Below, piece after piece: positions 21,553-22,722 of a DNA stretch of 22,722 bases; the first letter of the stretch is position 1, and each line of letters begins with the position of its first letter. The DNA comes from Eledone cirrhosa (lineage: Eukaryota). The stretch is from assembly GCA_964016885.1 (NCBI GenBank), contig CAXHJY010000484.1:1-22722 (forward strand), read 5' to 3'. Under the pieces are notes generated by a model. That model made no database searches, was not told the DNA's origin, and worked only from the letters and a program-made list of their open reading frames with translations. The position numbers and the translations under genes are program-made.

Positions 21553-22032
21553 TACATGTACATAATATATAGAGTATCATCATCATCATCATCATCATCA
21601 TCACCGTTTTACGTCTGTTCTTCCATGCTAGCATGGGTTAGATATATGTATATATATTTATATATATATCTTTATATACATTTATATATATATAAATGAA
21701 AGGTATAGAAAATATTGTAGCAAAAAGCCAATATATATTTATATATATATATATATTTTTATATGTAAGTATATTTATATATATATATATAATATATATA
21801 TCTATATAATGTTTATAATATTATATACATGTATATAGTGTATATATTTGTATATATGCGTAAAAAATATAAAAACTGTGTAAACTATGAAACGCACACA
21901 ACAATTACAATTATTGTGAAAAACATTAAAAAAAGCGTTAATAAAGACGGATCATTTGATGATACCTGTCCTACCCTGAACCCTGACCCCCTCATATTCT
22001 CCTTATGATGTTGAATTAGGAGAGTTAATAAG

Positions 22033-22060
<28 letters not shown>

Positions 22061-22063
<3 letters not shown>

Positions 22064-22310
22064 TTCGGGGATATCATATTAACAATATGCTATGCCTTCA
22101 TCAGACAAAATACAATATAAACAGTTTTATAGATAGCATATTGTTAATATGATATCCCCGAAATATATATAATGAAATAAATATGGTTTTATAAATATAG
22201 TTTCCATTTATTTAATATTGCAAATATACTCCAAATATTTGTCGAGTGCTTTTATATCAGTTATAAATATTTACTAGTTGTAACCCAACAATTTTAAATA
22301 TAACTTTACA
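22061..22310. mobile_element. Penelope-like family B fold-back insert with HHR core on the - strand (22063-22112)
   Basis: Minus strand reads TATTTTGT-CTGATGA-AGGCATAGCATATT..AATATGATATCCCC-GAAA-TATATA; the right part is the reverse complement of 6543-6640. Confidence 0.7.
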
Positions 22311-22394
22311 TATATATATATATATATATATATGTATATGTATGTATATATGTATATATATATATATATGTATGTATATATGTATATATATATG

Positions 22395-22425
<31 letters not shown>

Positions 22426-22497
22426 ATATGTATATATATATATATATATGTATGTATATATGTATATATATATATATGTATGTATGTATATATATAT

Positions 22498-22722
22498 TTC
22501 ATTTTTCATTTTCATTTCATTTTACGTCCTCTTTCCCCTGCTTGCAAGGGTGGGACTGGAACTGATTCTGGCTTGATTTCTACAGCTGGATGCCCTTCCT
22601 AACACCAACCTCATTTACAGTGAGTGCTGGGTGCGTTTTTGCTGTGGCACCTACACGTCCACTTTACAGTGGAATGATATGGACCCCAGTCCCTATCATC
22701 TCATTTCTACAGCTGAGTAAAC
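22498..22722 (-). mobile_element. SINE with RTE tail, running off the window
   Basis: Colinear with 16045-16255. Confidence 0.85.

Noticed and set aside
21971-21991. Telomere-like CCCTGA repeats
   Set aside because: Only 2-3 imperfect units.

Overview
AT-rich, repeat-saturated eukaryotic DNA. The (TA)n-dominated landscape and the SINE/RTE families resemble coleoid cephalopod (Octopus-like) genomes; that taxon call is inference. Nearly all ORFs in the track are microsatellite or minisatellite artefacts. Supportable content: (1) two CR1-clade LINE 3' ends; (2) a decayed ~3.1 kb RTE LINE (endonuclease + RT, with a PHD-like finger inside the RT), further RTE 3' fragments, and tRNA-derived SINEs carrying the RTE tail; (3) three non-autonomous Helitrons and a RepHel helicase remnant; (4) a TTAA-flanked piggyBac-type MITE family, one copy of which has expanded into a 60-bp satellite; (5) six small phase-compatible exons of an unidentified + strand gene (15481-21255). 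The most striking signal is a dense set of type I hammerhead ribozyme (HHR) motifs in about five sequence families of Penelope-like/retrozyme-like inserts. They sit in (TA)n tracts as ~480-bp tandem repeats, as long fold-back palindromes, or as a 4x hairpin array. All folds were done by eye and no searches were run.
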